This document shows positions 60,624-64,000 of a stretch of 64,000 nucleotides of DNA, in pieces. The notes beneath the pieces are model-generated. The model was not told the origin of the DNA. It did not search any database and saw nothing but the letters and a program-made list of their open reading frames with translations. Source of the stretch: Candidatus Marinacidobacterium sp. (GTDB taxonomy: Bacteria > Acidobacteriota > Vicinamibacteria > Marinacidobacterales > Marinacidobacteraceae); assembly GCA_965204755.1 (NCBI GenBank), contig OZ242011.1, positions 256,001 through 320,000 of the forward strand. The letters run 5' to 3'. Position numbers and translations under genes: made by a program. How positions within the stretch are numbered: the first letter of the stretch is position 1; each line of letters starts with the position of its first letter.

Positions 60624-61511
60624 CAACCGGTGGACAAAGTCCGGGGAGGGCCCGTCGGCGCGAAGCGACGACCGGGGAGGGGTGCGGGGAGGGGGTGTCC
60701 CCCTCCCTGCGATAGACGGCGGAGGGAATCGCGCAGCGATTCGCGCCGCCTGCCCGTGGAGAGAGCGCCCCGCCGGGAAACGCGGCGGGGAATTCGCATC
60801 CTCCGGTCGAAGGGCGGAGGGCGGGGCGCTTTCTCCACGGGATGTCAGCCGGTGGACAAAGTCCGGGGACGGCCCGTCGGCGCGAAGCGACGACCGGGGA
60901 GGGGTGCGGGGAGGGGGTGTCCCCCTCCCCGCGATAGACGGCGGAGGGAATCGCGCAGCGATTCGCGCCGCCTGCCCGTGGAGAGAGCGCCCCGCCGGGA
61001 AACGCGGCGGGGACTTCGCATCCTCCGGTCGAAGGGCGGAGGGCGGGGCGCTTTCTCCACGGGATGTCAGCCGGTGGACAAAGTCCGGGGAGGGCCCGTC
61101 GGCGCGAAGCGACGACCGGGGAGGGGTGCGGGGAGGGGGTGTCCCCCTCCCCGCGATAGACGGCGGAGGGAATCGCGCAGCGATTCGCGCCGCCTGCCCG
61201 TGGAGAGAGCGCCCCGCCGGGAAACGCGGCGGGGACTTCGCATCCTCCGGTCGAAGGGCGGAGGGCGGGGCGCTTTCTCCACGGGATGTCAGCCGGTGGA
61301 CAAAGTCCGGGGACGGCCCGTCGGCGCGAAGCGACGACCGGGGAGGGGTGCGGGGAGGGGGTGTCCCCCTCCCCGCGATAGACGGCGGAGGGAATCGCGC
61401 AGCGATTCGCGCCGCCTGCCCGTGGAGAGAGCGCCCCGCCGGGAAACGCGGCGGGGACTTCGCATCCTCCGGTCGAAGGGCGGAGGGCGGGGCGCTTTCT
61501 CCACGGGCAGT
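60624..61511. mobile_element. Tandem array of four 222-bp hairpin-rich MITE/REP-like units
   Basis: Unit starts 60624, 60846, 61068, 61290; imperfect terminal IRs (cagccggtggacaaag / ctttctccacgggcag); flanked by CTAG and TTAA; no transposase. Confidence 0.85.
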
Positions 61512-62461
61512 TAAAAATACCCCTCGCGTTTCTTGCGCTCCATCGAGCCGTCGCCGTCGTGGTCGATCAGGCGGCCCTCCCGTTCCGACCGGTTCGCCCG
61601 CAGCGTCTCTTCGAGGATGGCCGGGATCGTGGCCGCGCCGCTCTCCGTCGCCGCGGTGAGCGGCCAGCATCCCAGCGTCCGGAAGCGCACGCGGCGGGGT
61701 TTCGTTTCCTCTCCCGGAAGGAACCGCATCCGCTCGCGGTCGTCCACCACGAGCAGCCGGCCGTCGCGCTCCACCACCGGACGCTCCTTCGCGAAGTAGA
61801 GCGGAACCACGGGTATGTCCTCTTCGGCGAGGTAACGCCAGACATCGCCCTCGGTCCAGTTGGACAGCGGCGAGACGCGCAGCGATTCCCCGGGCTGGAA
61901 CCGGGTGTTGTAGAGGTTCCACAACTCCGGGCGCTGTTTCCGGGGCTCCCACCGGTGGGCGGCGTTCCGCAGGGAGAAGACGCGCTCCTTGGCGCGCGAC
62001 CGCTCCTCGTCCCGCCGGGCGCCGCCGAAGATGATGTCGTACCGGCCGGCGTCGAGCGCCTGGCGGAGGGCCTGCGTCTTCATGACATCCGTGTAGTGCT
62101 CCGAACCGTCGTCGAAGGGGTTCACGCCGGCCGCGCGTCCTTCCTCGTTGGTGTGGACCCGGAGTTCCACTTCGACTTCCGCCGCGATCCGGTCGCGGAA
62201 CGCGATCATCTCCCGGAACTTCCACCCGGTATCGATGTGGAGCAGCGGGAACGGCGGCGGCGCCGGCCAGAAGGCCTTCCGCGCCAGGTGCAGCATCACC
62301 GCGGAGTCCTTGCCGATGGAGTAGAGCATCACCGGCCGCTCCGCCGTCGCGGCGCCCTCGCGCAGGATCTCGATCGCCTCCGACTCGAGGCCCGCCAGCG
62401 ACGGCGCCGGGTTCCGGCCCTCCGGCCCCGGGCGCGACTCGCCGCCCGACCCGGCCGTCAC
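61511..62461 (-). CDS. cysD: Sulfate adenylyltransferase subunit 2
   Basis: [55 protein letters not shown]. Confidence 0.95.
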   Translation of the reverse strand: MTAGSGGESRPGPEGRNPAPSLAGLESEAIEILREGAATAERPVMLYSIGKDSAVMLHLARKAFWPAPPPFPLLHIDTGWKFREMIAFRDRIAAEVEVELRVHTNEEGRAAGVNPFDDGSEHYTDVMKTQALRQALDAGRYDIIFGGARRDEERSRAKERVFSLRNAAHRWEPRKQRPELWNLYNTRFQPGESLRVSPLSNWTEGDVWRYLAEEDIPVVPLYFAKERPVVERDGRLLVVDDRERMRFLPGEETKPRRVRFRTLGCWPLTAATESGAATIPAILEETLRANRSEREGRLIDHDGDGSMERKKREGYF

Positions 62462-63558
62462 GCCGGGACCCGGTTGTCGTAGCCGAGCAGTTCCTGCCCC
62501 GGCGCGCAGGCCTCCGCCAGCCGGGCGTGCTCGCCGGGGGCGAGGCGCAGCCGGCTCGGCGGCCGCTTCCGGGGCATCGCGGCCACCTCGCGGAGCCACC
62601 CTTCGTCCACGAACTCTTCCCCGACGAACTCGATGAACCGGCGCATTTCCTCCAGGGGCGACTCCACCGCCGTCTCGAACCGCATGGAGAGCACCCGCTC
62701 CGGCGGCAACTCCCCGAGATAGCGGACCCCCTGCTCGATCATGCCGCTCCAGAACCGCCCGAACGCCTCCAGCGGGAACCGGATCCGGTCGTAGAGCCGG
62801 CGGGAGAACAGGCGGAACCGCACGCGTTCGAAGGCGGGCAGCCACGGACTCGTCCCCACCCAGTTGTTCGGGTGGAAGGGGTCGAGCCCCAACTTGCGCA
62901 TCAGCCAGGCGGCCTGGACGCGGACGCGGAAGAAGTGGTGTCCCTGCATGGACATCGCCGTGTCGCGGCCGTCCCGGTAGATATGGACGAAGCGGGCGTC
63001 GGGAAAGAGCCGCGCCAGCGTGGGAACGAACAGGAGGGACGCGCCCGAGCGCTCGATCCAGGCGCGTTTCCCGAACCGCCGCGCCAGCCATTCGAAGACG
63101 AAGCGGTAGTGGTTTCCCAGGGAATCCTCGCCGCGGCTGCGCACCACCGGGGCGAACTCGTCCCACAGCCGTTCGTGGTCGTCGGTCAGGTGCGGCAGGG
63201 TGACGCACAGGATCGGGGGCACTTCCTCCGGCCGGTACCGGGCGCCCTCGCCGAGCGGGTAGAGGAACTCGTCGATGATGAGGTCGTTCTTCATGAGCGC
63301 CCGGCCGGCCGGCGGCAGGACGCCGAGCCGCCGGTACACCTGTTCGCCGGTCAACCGGTCGCCCCGGAGCGCCGAACTCGACATCACCGGCCAGAACTCG
63401 GAGAGGCTCAGCAGGTCGGGGTGCCGCCGCACCATGTTGGAGAGCATGGTGGAGCCGCATCGTCCGGTGCTCACGATGAACACCGGGGCGGCGGCGGGCC
63501 CGGGCCCGCCCTCCGCCTCCGGGGCGGCCGCCGCCGGGGGAGCGGAAGCCGCGTTCAC
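62458..63558 (-). CDS. PAPS-dependent sulfotransferase (Sulfotransfer_3-like)
   Basis: [14 protein letters not shown] (5'-PSB), [14 protein letters not shown] (3'-PB), RFE, LLGY; GTGA overlaps on both sides. Confidence 0.85.
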   Translation of the reverse strand: MNAASAPPAAAAPEAEGGPGPAAAPVFIVSTGRCGSTMLSNMVRRHPDLLSLSEFWPVMSSSALRGDRLTGEQVYRRLGVLPPAGRALMKNDLIIDEFLYPLGEGARYRPEEVPPILCVTLPHLTDDHERLWDEFAPVVRSRGEDSLGNHYRFVFEWLARRFGKRAWIERSGASLLFVPTLARLFPDARFVHIYRDGRDTAMSMQGHHFFRVRVQAAWLMRKLGLDPFHPNNWVGTSPWLPAFERVRFRLFSRRLYDRIRFPLEAFGRFWSGMIEQGVRYLGELPPERVLSMRFETAVESPLEEMRRFIEFVGEEFVDEGWLREVAAMPRKRPPSRLRLAPGEHARLAEACAPGQELLGYDNRVPA

Positions 63559-64000
63559 CACGGGCTCGCCTCCCGAGCCTCCACCCGGTCGGGCAGGCGG
63601 TAACTGAGGTCGGGGATCGAGGAAGCGTCGAGCAGGAAGACGAAGTTGCTGCCCCGCCAACGGGAGGCGAGGGAGGGGGACAGGCGGTGGAGGGCGGCGT
63701 GGGCGGACCTCTTCCACCGGAGCCAGGCCAGCAGGCCCAGCGTGGGCTTCTTGGGGAACCCGAGCCGGTCCGATACCTCGCGTCCGAGCAGGGCGCGCGA
63801 AACCTGGTAGGCGTTTTCGACGAACGCCTTCTTCTCCTTGGGATCGGTCATCCGCGCCACTTCGGGGAGCGCCCGGACCAGGGCGTTCGCGATCACCGCC
63901 GACTCTTCGCCGGGGGGCGGCTCGAGCAGGGTCGCGATCCGGTGCAGTTCGTTCGTCTTCGCCTCGTCACCTTCGAACAGGAGTTCTTCGGGCGTGCCGA
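63555..64000 (-). CDS. MpaB/DUF2236 (Lcp-like) oxygenase family protein, C-terminal part only
   Basis: G.PEELL...EPPP..ES..IANAL...SRALLG.EV.D.LGFP pattern typical of this family's C-terminus; 5' end outside window. Confidence 0.55.
   Translation of the reverse strand, partial: GTPEELLFEGDEAKTNELHRIATLLEPPPGEESAVIANALVRALPEVARMTDPKEKKAFVENAYQVSRALLGREVSDRLGFPKKPTLGLLAWLRWKRSAHAALHRLSPSLASRWRGSNFVFLLDASSIPDLSYRLPDRVEAREASPW

Noticed and set aside
60624-61511. CRISPR array interpretation of the tandem repeat
   Set aside because: Units are 222 bp and nearly identical with no unique spacers; no cas genes in the window
58797-62225. 1142-aa ORF as a single giant CysNC with repeat domain
   Set aside because: Its N-terminal part is an off-frame reading of cysD and the repeat translation is low-complexity; GTG 60620 gives a normal CysNC

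Overview
Very GC-rich bacterial chromosomal window with about 50 densely packed genes and no rRNA, tRNA or CRISPR seen. Gene content is consistent with an Acidobacteriota-like, possibly host-associated organism (inference only). Housekeeping genes include ahcY, tpx, a carD-like gene, xseA-xseB-ispA-nadK, sppA, pruA, kynU, lhr and galK. Accessory modules include a polyprenol-P-mannose synthase plus TMTC-like GT-C pair, an octaheme HAO-family plus NapC/NirT cytochrome operon, a GT-C fused to five Cys-containing repeats, two LVIVD paralogues interleaved with HipBA and VapBC modules, an orphan DNA methyltransferase, and an oxygenase-sulfotransferase-cysD-cysNC-SGNH cluster. The most unusual signals lie outside the gene list: (1) a 4 x 222-bp hairpin-rich MITE/REP-like array filling the cysD-cysNC junction, with related copies directly after other stop codons; (2) a G23 tract just after the start codon of the SGNH gene that puts it out of frame (candidate phase-variation switch); (3) apparent window-wide avoidance of the palindromes AGCT and ACGT through synonymous codon choice; (4) many in-frame 12/15/18-bp micro-VNTRs.
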